Of a stretch of 64,000 nt of DNA, positions 45,900 to 53,819 are shown in pieces. This DNA is from Candidatus Hydrogenedentota bacterium (GTDB lineage Bacteria > Hydrogenedentota > Hydrogenedentia > Hydrogenedentales > SLHB01), in the NCBI GenBank assembly GCA_036769985.1, contig DAIPKA010000033.1, positions 8,900 to 72,899 of the forward strand, given 5' to 3'. Position 1 is the first letter of the stretch, and the number at the start of each line of letters is the position of its first letter. The position numbers and the translations under genes are program-made. Under the pieces are notes generated by a model, which was not told the DNA's origin, searched no databases, and was given only the letters and a program-made list of their open reading frames with translations.

Positions 45900-46771
45900 C
45901 GCGGCTCGCATTCATCCTGACCTGCGCGGTCACGCTGGTATCGTGCGGGAAACCCGCTCCCTTCGGATCCACGCATGCCGCCCCATCGAAAACGCAACGC
46001 ACAGAGATCACAACCCCGTCCGGCGTGCCGATGATCCTCGTGCCGGGCGGTGCGTTCACGATGGGTTCAACCGAGGGCGCCGACGACGAGGCGCCGCCGC
46101 ATACCGTCTCCGTGTCATCCTTCGCCATGGACACGTATGAGGTCACGCAAGACCAATTCGCCAACGCGCAGGAGCCTAATCCGTCGCACTTCAAGGGGCC
46201 GCGGCGGCCCGTCGAGCAGATCCGGTGGTCGGACGCGGCGTTGTTCTGCAACATCCGCTCGCGCATGGACGGTCTCGAACCGTGCTACGATGAGTTCTCC
46301 TTCGAGTGCCACTTCGACGCCAGTGGCTATCGCCTTCCCACGGAAGCCGAGTGGGAGTACGCCGCGCGCGCCGGCGCGGACACCGTCTACGATTTCGGCA
46401 ACGACGCTCGCGAGCTCAAAGCCTACGCGTGCTACGCGAACAACGCCACGGAAAAGACCGACGAGTCCGGACGCAAGCGCCCCAATCGTTGGGGCTTCCA
46501 CGATCTCTACGGAAACGTGGCCGAGTGGTGTCACGACGCGTACAGCGCCACGTACTATGCCGAGAGTCCCGAGACAGATCCCCGTGGACCGGATGAGGGT
46601 GTCAAGCGTGTGATGCGCGGCGGCGCGTGGAACTCGGGGGCCGACGCGTGCCGCGCCACGGCGCGTGCCGCCGAGTCGCCGGGAATCACGGATGCGTGTT
46701 TCGCGCGCGACACGTTCGGGTTCCGTTGTGTCCGGCGCATTAATGAGGACGAAGCGGCCAAGATCCGCTGA
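45896..46771 (+). CDS. Formylglycine-generating-enzyme (SUMF1/FGE-sulfatase) family lipoprotein
   Basis: Its ATG overlaps the upstream TGA (ATGA at 45896-45899). Lipobox-like MTRLAFILTCAVTLVSCG. GGAFTMGS, YEVTQDQF, RLPTEAEWEYAARAG and VMRGGAW. Confidence 0.8.
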   Translation: MTRLAFILTCAVTLVSCGKPAPFGSTHAAPSKTQRTEITTPSGVPMILVPGGAFTMGSTEGADDEAPPHTVSVSSFAMDTYEVTQDQFANAQEPNPSHFKGPRRPVEQIRWSDAALFCNIRSRMDGLEPCYDEFSFECHFDASGYRLPTEAEWEYAARAGADTVYDFGNDARELKAYACYANNATEKTDESGRKRPNRWGFHDLYGNVAEWCHDAYSATYYAESPETDPRGPDEGVKRVMRGGAWNSGADACRATARAAESPGITDACFARDTFGFRCVRRINEDEAAKIR

Positions 46772-46865
46772 TGCGTCGTGGCCAACCGGTTGAATCCATA
46801 GGCGAGGACAACCACAATCGAGCGAACCGACGGGTGGTCTGCAACATCTGAGGGAGAACGCATCC

Positions 46866-47723
46866 ATGGTATCCGCGATGAATCGTCGATCATTCATGAA
46901 GGCCGCCGGCACGGTAGCCGCGGCCACCGTCGCTGTGAGCGCGGCGAGCCCGGCCACCTCGGGCGAGTTCACGGGCCAGATCAAGAAGGCCGTGAAATAC
47001 GACATGATCCAAGGCGACTTCTCGGTCGTCGAGAAGTTTCAGTTGCTCAAAGACATCGGCTTCGATGGCGTCGAACCCAGCGTCCGCGAGAAGGTGGATC
47101 CTGAAGAGATGCTGGCGGCGAGCAAGGCCACCGGATTGCCGATTCACGGCGTCGTGAACGGATCGACCGCAGACCTCCGCGCCGCCGTCGACCGCGCCAA
47201 GTGCTACGGCGCCAGCAGCGTGTTGGTCGTGGCGGGGCGCGTCAACGAGGAAATGTCGTACGCGGACAACTACACGGCCACTCAAGCGACGATTCGCGAG
47301 GCCATTCCCTACGCCGAGGCGAATCAGATCATGCTTCTTGTGGAAAACGTCTGGAACAACTTCCTGCTGAGTCCGCTCGAAATGGCGCGGTACATCGACG
47401 AACTCGAGAGCGAGTGGGTGGGGGTGTATTTTGATGTCGGCAACGTGGTGCGCTTCGCCTGGCCCGAGCATTGGATCCCGGTGTTGGGAAAGCGGATCCG
47501 CAAACTGGACATCAAAGAGTACAGCCGGCAGAAGCAGAATGACGAGGGGCTCTGGAAGGGGTTTAACGTCGAGATCGGTGAGGGAAGCATCGACTGGACC
47601 GCGGTGCGCCGCGAGTTGAAGAAGATCGGATACTCGAGCTGGGCCACGGCCGAAGTGGGGGGCGGCGGTCGCGAACGTCTCGAAGACATTGCGCGCCGTA
47701 TGAATCAAGTACTCGACCTATAG
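46866..47723 (+). CDS. Tat-signal xylose-isomerase-like TIM-barrel protein (sugar phosphate isomerase/epimerase family)
   Basis: Twin-arginine signal MNRRSFMKAAGTVAAATVAVSAASPA, then a TIM-barrel pattern (GFDGVE, LLVENVWNNF, YFDVGN, ATAEV). A GAGGGAGA SD precedes ATG 46866. Confidence 0.75.
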   Translation: MVSAMNRRSFMKAAGTVAAATVAVSAASPATSGEFTGQIKKAVKYDMIQGDFSVVEKFQLLKDIGFDGVEPSVREKVDPEEMLAASKATGLPIHGVVNGSTADLRAAVDRAKCYGASSVLVVAGRVNEEMSYADNYTATQATIREAIPYAEANQIMLLVENVWNNFLLSPLEMARYIDELESEWVGVYFDVGNVVRFAWPEHWIPVLGKRIRKLDIKEYSRQKQNDEGLWKGFNVEIGEGSIDWTAVRRELKKIGYSSWATAEVGGGGRERLEDIARRMNQVLDL

Positions 47724-47732
47724 CCAAACGAA

Positions 47733-47776
47733 GCGCCCCGCCAAACCGCCACACGTTCGGCGGGGCGCCTTTTCTC
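47733..47776. terminator. Bidirectional Rho-independent terminator between convergent genes
   Basis: 10-bp stem GCGCCCCGCC (47733-47742) / GGCGGGGCGC (47759-47768), followed by CTTTTCTC on the plus strand and TTCGTTTGG on the minus strand. Confidence 0.6.
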
Positions 47777-47781
47777 GGCGG

Positions 47782-50700
47782 TTACGACCTCTTGCGACGC
47801 GCGACCGCGGCCCCAACCAGCGCGGTCAACCCCGTCAGCAGACCCACGGCGAGTCCGCCGGCCGCCGGCACCTCCGGGATGACCGACAACTGGAACCGAG
47901 GCGACGAGTACTGCGTCTCGGTAACGTCCCAGACCTCGCAGTAGTACTCGCCCTCATCGTAGGGGCCGATATTGATGATTTGCAGGAGCGGTCCCGTCGC
48001 CCCGGGAATCGGCATGGCATCATCCGTCAGCGAGTCGAAGAACCATTGGTAATGGATAACGCCTGTGTTTCCGGTCGCGACGACCTCAAACTGGCACGAT
48101 TCCTTGACGCCTCGGGACACCGCCGTGTCGCCCAACAGGGTCACCTCGATCGGTTCGGTGTCCAGGATGATGCTGTCGGCGAAGGGCGTTGTCGTCACGA
48201 GTCCGACGCCGTCTTTGAGTTGACCACGAACGACACGGATGCCGTCCCCAGTTCCGAGATCCCACGCGGTGCTCGTCGAGAACGGCTGCCACGGACTCCA
48301 GGTAGCGCCGCCGTCATTGCTGAAACGCATCTCGGAGGCACCCGAGCCCAGGTCGCCGTCGGTCAGGCCGAGCGTCACGGCCGTGCTCGTGGCTATCGCC
48401 GTACCACCGTCGATGATCAGCGTGCCCGTGGGCGGGGCGGTGTCGTACCTAACCTGGCCGTCCTCGCTTGTGGAGGCCGCGCTGGATTTCCCGGCGAGGT
48501 CTTGCGCCGCAGCGGCCCCGACGGCCGCCGTGATCGTGCCGTCCGCCCCTACACTGTCGATCTGGATGGTGTACAGTGCCCCGGAACCGCTCACGTGGTA
48601 CGTGACACCGGTCGCACTGCCGCCTATCTGGACGTCACCGTAGGCAAAACCGTCCACGAGTTCGGAGAAGGTCACGTCGAAGACAATGGGCAGGCTCCCG
48701 GCCGGATCGCTCTGTCCTGCGCCCTGCTCGACCGTGACGGTGGGCGCCGAGGCCTCATAGGCGACGGAGTTATCGACGCTGGCCGATGCCGCGTTCCCGT
48801 TACCGGCGGCGTCGTGAACCGCGTCTTCCGCGATAACCGGAACGATAGTGCCATCGTTCGCGGAGACAACGCGCAACGTGTAGACCGGCCCGGTCCCGAT
48901 GATTTCGAAGACGACGTTCCGCGCCGTGCCGGTATTCGTTACAGACGCCGCAGCGAAGTCCACGACTTCCTCCGAGAATGCCACGTCGAACGCGATGGGC
49001 AGTGAGGCGGTGGGATCCGATTGGGTGCCGCCTTGCTCGATGGTCAGCGTCGGTGCCGTGGCATCGTAGCGCACAGCCCCATCGGGTCCTGTGGCCGCGG
49101 AGTTGCCGTTCCCGGCCGTGTCGTGCCACACGCCGGCCGCAATCACGGGCACGATGGTCCCATCCGTGGTGGCGGTGGCTTCAACGGTGAACTCCACATC
49201 GCTGATCGGTACTAACGAGAACACCACGCCCGAGGCCGTACCCGCGTTCGTGATGTCGGCCACGTCCAGATCGACAACCGGATCGGACAACGTCATGTCG
49301 AACACGATGGGCAGTGTCCGGGCCGGATCGCCTTGGCCGGCGCCCTGCGTCAAGGTTACGGAAGGCGCTTGCGCGTCGTAATCCACGCGGTTATCGAGAC
49401 TGGTCGAGACATGGTTGATCTCGTTCGACATGTCCATCAACACACCCTCGGGAATACTGGGGATGACCGAACCGCTATCGGCCACATCCGTGACCCGGAT
49501 CTCGTACCTGTCTCCAGGGAAAGGCCCGACGAGATCGAAGTCGAGAATGATGGCCGTACCGCTGAACACGATATCGCCCTCGCCAAATCCCGTAACCGGT
49601 TCCGAAAACTCGACATCGAACACGATGGGCAACGTGCCTGTCGGATCCCCTTGGGCCGCGTGTTGCTCGACGCTGACGGTCGGGCGGATCGTGTCCACCG
49701 TGATGATGTTGTCATCACTGGTCGATGCCAGGCTCCAGTTGAAGAACATGTCTCGGGCGGCATTGGCCAACACCGAAGCGGTTACGGTGCCATCGGCACT
49801 GGCGAGTTGGACCTCGATCCGGTATTCCGACGGGCTGACGGTCATCACGGTGTAGCTGTCCACCGTGGCCGTGCCCCCTATGAACACATCGCTGTGCCCG
49901 AAGCCCCACACCGGCTCACTGAACACGACGTCGAAGTACAGCGGCGCCGTGCTGGTGGGGTCGCGCTGCGTGGCGGCCCGGTTGACCGTGACCGTGGGCG
50001 GAGACACATCGTACGCGACCACGTTGTCGCCGCCGCCGTCCGACGAATCGGTGATGCCGTTCCCGGCCACGTCCTCCACGCTGCCCGCCGGAAGGAACGG
50101 CTCGATGGTTCCATCGTCCACGGCTGAGTCTATCTGGATGTCCCAGGTGATGCTATCAGTGGTGTTCAGGGTGATGCCGAGGCCGGACGCCGAACCGAGG
50201 TTGACGACATCGCCCGCTTCGAATCCGTACGCCGGTTCCGAGAAGACCGCCGTGAAATGGATAGGCAGGTTCTCGGTGGGGTCTTCCGTCTGCGTGGCGG
50301 CCTGATTGACCGTCGCCGAAGGAATGGATCGCTTGAGGGTGATGCTCGCGCTCGCCACATCCGATTCGTTCTGCGCAGCGTCGCGCACTCTTGCGTAGAT
50401 CGTGTGTTCTTCATCGCTGTCCGGCAGTTCGAAGGAGGTCGTGTCCACCCATGCTGTCCACGGATCGAAAGACACACCATCCAAGCTGAACGCCATCTCG
50501 ACGAGTCCCGACGCCGAACCCTCCGGTACGTCGGGATCCTCCGCATCTAGCGTCAGCGTGACGTTCCGGTCGGTGGCATACGTGGCCCCGCCGTTGATAC
50601 TCAGCGACGACACAAGCGGTACAGAACGATCGATGCGGACGGCGCCCGTCGCGCTCCACGTCAGGGAGTTCCCCGCGACATCGCGGATGCTCGCACCCGT

Positions 50701-52956
50701 TCGGGCCGACAACGCGAGCTGGCCGGCCCCGACGATGTTCATCGCCGTCACCACATAGTTCCGGCCGGCGCCGGCGATACTGGCCCCTCCGTGGGCGACA
50801 GAGCCGGATTCCGTGAAGACGAGAGCGGTGACCACGTTGTTGAAGCCCGTTACCACCTCATTGAACTGGATATCAAAGGTGACGGTGGATGCCTTGGACG
50901 GGCCGACACCGTCTCGAGGCGCCACAATGAGGGCCGCCGGTGGCGAGAAATCGAAGGTGATGGCGTTGCTGGTGGCGCTGGTGGCGAGGGCATTGCCGGC
51001 CAAGTCCCAAACGTGTTCGCCGGTTTGCACGGCCAGGCTCAAGGTGCCGTCGCCGTAGATCTCCTCGACCGTGACCGCATAGAGTTGCGGCCCGCCCTCG
51101 ATCACCACGTCGCCATAGTGCGTCAGGCTCCCCGTCTCGATCACCACGAGGTCATACAGGGCATTGTTGAAGTTCATGACCGGTTCGCTGAAGTGCACAT
51201 CGAAGGTGACGGTGCGCGCATTCGTGGGACCCGTCCCGCTTCGCGGCGTGATGGGTCCTGCCGTTGGGGCCGTGGCATCGAAGATGACCGGCGCGCTTGT
51301 CACGCTGGCCGATAGGTCGTTGCCCACGATATCCTCCACGCCCGGGCCCATGGCCACGGCCAAGGCCAGTGTGCCGTCGCCGGACAGGCCGGTGAAGGTG
51401 ACCACGAAATCCTGCGCACTTCCCGAGATCGCGACGCCCGCATAGGCAACGCTACCCGTTAACGTGATGTCGAGATCGGATGGCTCGGTGAACCCGAACA
51501 CATCCTCGCTGAAGTGGATGGCAAATACCGCCGTCGGGTCTTGCGTAGGGCCGTATCCCGTCTGCGAGACGATGCTCTGCGCTTGCGGGGCGATCGCGTC
51601 AACGGGGAAGCTGCGCGAGGCCCAGCCGCTGACATTGTCCAGGTTGTCTCGCGCGAGTACCTGAAGGTGGTACGTCCGGCCGTGCTGCAGCCCGGACACC
51701 GTATGGGATCGGCTCGTGCTGCTTGCCGCCCAGTACATGTCGTTGCCCCCCAAGGTGGATCCGACGCGAACGTCATAGCCCTTGATACCTGCGCCCGGTT
51801 CGAAGTCGGACCCAACGGGATCGATGGAGGCGTCCCATGCGCATACGACGGTCCCCGGACTCAGTTCCGGCAGGGGACTGGTGATTTCCGGGACCGAGGG
51901 ACCCACGGTGTCGTATGTCCTTGACAGGGGCTCGGCGGCGGTGCTGGGGTTGCCCGCCCCGTCGGTGGCTGCGTTGGCCGGGATGCTCACGGTTACGGCG
52001 CCCTGCCACTCCGGCTGGACCGTGAACCAGTAGGATGAACCGCTGCCACCGAAGCTACCGGACACCAGGGAACCATGGCCCAACACCAGGTCCGAGGAAT
52101 CGAAGCCTGTTACCGACTCCGTGAAGGCGACGGTCACGGGTACGCTCATGTTGGTTGGGTTGGGGGCCGTTGAGCTCAAGACTACGCCGGGCGGGGTCAT
52201 GTCGACCGTTACCCCATCGCTCAAGAGCGACCACGGGCCCGTGTTGCCCGCCGCGTCTCGAGCATAGAGCCTGGCAACGTAGGTCCGGCCATCCACGCCG
52301 CCCGAGACCGTCTTGTGGTTCGGCGCCGAGCCGAGCCAATTCGCGAAAAGGAACACGGGGGATGCCTCGGTGGAGCGGACCTCAAGATAGTAGTCCGCGA
52401 TCCCGCTGGGCCCCTGGTCGTAGGCGTGGGTCCAGTTGAACGTAATCGTTGTGCTGGTGCTATACGCCCCCTCGGCGTACCACGGCTTGCCGGGCGCACC
52501 GGGGCTCAGACTGTCGTAACCTATCGTGTCTTCCATCGCAGGACCCGGATCCGCGCCGCCCGCGTGGGCAAAACGCACCCGAGCCTTGTACGTGGATCCG
52601 GAGACGGGCGAGAGGTCCACCGTCAGCGTGCCTTGCCAGTGATTGGCGGGATTCGGCAACGCCTGCCAAGGTCCCCAACTCCCGGTGTCCGTGGGGCCCG
52701 TCCATAGCTGCCACGTCTCGAGGAGGTTCGCGGGGGGCGAGAGCGTGCTCTGTACATCGCATGTGATCGGGACCGTGTACAGTGTGTTGGTCCACGCCGC
52801 CCCGTCCATCGCAATGACCGACCCGGTCGTGTTGGCACGAGCCGCGGAACTTATTCCGATCACGACGAGCGCGACAAGCGCAACACGGCACATCGTGCTG
52901 GACAGAGACAGGCTTGTCGGAACGATTTCTCCCGTTCGGTTCTTCACGCGTGACAT
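47782..52956 (-). CDS. Giant (1724 aa) surface/adhesin-like protein: FN3-like N-terminus, at least 10 Ig-like (SbsA/Big-like) modules, Ig I-set-like domain, PEP-CTERM-like C-terminal anchor
   Basis: An AAGGAG SD lies 10 nt before ATG 52956. Signal-like MCRVALVALVVIGISSAARA. Recurrent modules of approximately 105 aa carry the signature Q.(D)PT...PI.F.V.FSEPV.GF. DEGEYYCEV (DxGxYxC) lies near the C-terminus. The tail is IPEVPAAGGLAVGLLTGLTALVGAAVARRKRS. Confidence 0.85.
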   Translation of the reverse strand: MSRVKNRTGEIVPTSLSLSSTMCRVALVALVVIGISSAARANTTGSVIAMDGAAWTNTLYTVPITCDVQSTLSPPANLLETWQLWTGPTDTGSWGPWQALPNPANHWQGTLTVDLSPVSGSTYKARVRFAHAGGADPGPAMEDTIGYDSLSPGAPGKPWYAEGAYSTSTTITFNWTHAYDQGPSGIADYYLEVRSTEASPVFLFANWLGSAPNHKTVSGGVDGRTYVARLYARDAAGNTGPWSLLSDGVTVDMTPPGVVLSSTAPNPTNMSVPVTVAFTESVTGFDSSDLVLGHGSLVSGSFGGSGSSYWFTVQPEWQGAVTVSIPANAATDGAGNPSTAAEPLSRTYDTVGPSVPEITSPLPELSPGTVVCAWDASIDPVGSDFEPGAGIKGYDVRVGSTLGGNDMYWAASSTSRSHTVSGLQHGRTYHLQVLARDNLDNVSGWASRSFPVDAIAPQAQSIVSQTGYGPTQDPTAVFAIHFSEDVFGFTEPSDLDITLTGSVAYAGVAISGSAQDFVVTFTGLSGDGTLALAVAMGPGVEDIVGNDLSASVTSAPVIFDATAPTAGPITPRSGTGPTNARTVTFDVHFSEPVMNFNNALYDLVVIETGSLTHYGDVVIEGGPQLYAVTVEEIYGDGTLSLAVQTGEHVWDLAGNALATSATSNAITFDFSPPAALIVAPRDGVGPSKASTVTFDIQFNEVVTGFNNVVTALVFTESGSVAHGGASIAGAGRNYVVTAMNIVGAGQLALSARTGASIRDVAGNSLTWSATGAVRIDRSVPLVSSLSINGGATYATDRNVTLTLDAEDPDVPEGSASGLVEMAFSLDGVSFDPWTAWVDTTSFELPDSDEEHTIYARVRDAAQNESDVASASITLKRSIPSATVNQAATQTEDPTENLPIHFTAVFSEPAYGFEAGDVVNLGSASGLGITLNTTDSITWDIQIDSAVDDGTIEPFLPAGSVEDVAGNGITDSSDGGGDNVVAYDVSPPTVTVNRAATQRDPTSTAPLYFDVVFSEPVWGFGHSDVFIGGTATVDSYTVMTVSPSEYRIEVQLASADGTVTASVLANAARDMFFNWSLASTSDDNIITVDTIRPTVSVEQHAAQGDPTGTLPIVFDVEFSEPVTGFGEGDIVFSGTAIILDFDLVGPFPGDRYEIRVTDVADSGSVIPSIPEGVLMDMSNEINHVSTSLDNRVDYDAQAPSVTLTQGAGQGDPARTLPIVFDMTLSDPVVDLDVADITNAGTASGVVFSLVPISDVEFTVEATATTDGTIVPVIAAGVWHDTAGNGNSAATGPDGAVRYDATAPTLTIEQGGTQSDPTASLPIAFDVAFSEEVVDFAAASVTNTGTARNVVFEIIGTGPVYTLRVVSANDGTIVPVIAEDAVHDAAGNGNAASASVDNSVAYEASAPTVTVEQGAGQSDPAGSLPIVFDVTFSELVDGFAYGDVQIGGSATGVTYHVSGSGALYTIQIDSVGADGTITAAVGAAAAQDLAGKSSAASTSEDGQVRYDTAPPTGTLIIDGGTAIATSTAVTLGLTDGDLGSGASEMRFSNDGGATWSPWQPFSTSTAWDLGTGDGIRVVRGQLKDGVGLVTTTPFADSIILDTEPIEVTLLGDTAVSRGVKESCQFEVVATGNTGVIHYQWFFDSLTDDAMPIPGATGPLLQIINIGPYDEGEYYCEVWDVTETQYSSPRFQLSVIPEVPAAGGLAVGLLTGLTALVGAAVARRKRS
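48430..50330 (-). repeat. Six tandem, approximately 315-bp coding repeats (Ig-like modules) inside the adhesin gene
   Basis: Module heads:
- TVNQAATQTEDPTENLPIHFTAVFSEPAYGF
- TVNRAATQRDPTSTAPLYFDVVFSEPVWGF
- SVEQHAAQGDPTGTLPIVFDVEFSEPVTGF
- TLTQGAGQGDPARTLPIVFDMTLSDPVVDL
- TIEQGGTQSDPTASLPIAFDVAFSEEVVDF
- TVEQGAGQSDPAGSLPIVFDVTFSELVDGF

These recur roughly every 310-320 nt. Four more divergent copies lie at approximately 50330-52100. Boundaries are approximate. Confidence 0.6.
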
Positions 52957-53819
52957 ACTCCGGTTACTCCTTCTTGAACCTTAGGCATGAATCCACGATG
53001 GACCTCGATCTCGTCATCCATGGGCATAGCGATACCGGGGTCTTCAATAGAAATGCCAAGCGGATCCCTGCCTTTCCCCCGCCCCGGTCCCCAAATGCTG
53101 TGGGGCGACAAGAACCCACGGCCTCTGCTCCCTGTGCGGACGCCCGCCCTGGGTATCACCCTTCACGCGGCGAACGCCTACCTCCGTTGCCGTCGATACC
53201 CGCCTCCGGAGAACACCCCCGAAACGCGAATACGAAGGCACGAGTCACCTATCTGCACCGAACACGGAAGCGGCCATCGCACGCTCCGTTTCCGAAGAAC
53301 ACCCATCCCCAAGAAGCCTCGGCGCAACCACGGCGCCACAGGGCCCCAGAGCGATGCACCATAAGGAATTATAGCACTTCGACCACGAGAAGGCCAAATG
53401 GAGACAGCACGGCGATACCAACCCCGGAATGCGCGGAACACATGGCGCAGCCGAGCCGCAACCAAACCTTGCGAGGCCCACATACCCTTTCTTTTGCTAC
53501 AGGACATACGCGAGAAATCCCTGCTTCCTGCAGATGGGCTCTCGTCTATGCTCAACGGCGGAAACAAAATATCCGATCCCTGCAAAGCTCGGTTGAGGCT
53601 CCGCTCCGCCGTGCGTTCGGCGCATTCCGAGGCCCGTTCACAGCCCGACGAGGAAACGACGAACGAAGGCGGCAAAAGGACTCACAGGCGAGCATTCGAC
53701 CCAGACGTCGACGACGAGAAGTCGCCGGTGTGGTCGCTGACCACCCTCCCCTCTCTCTGTTTCGAACGCCATGGTTCCGTTCAGCGCGAAGAAGGAACCA
53801 TCTGACGCCGCTGCGTCCA

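Noticed and set aside
48430-52100. Periodic approximately 315-bp repeats considered as a possible CRISPR or satellite array
   Set aside because: The period is far too long, there are no short direct repeats with unique spacers, and the repeats are in frame and encode Ig-like protein modules. No cas genes are present.
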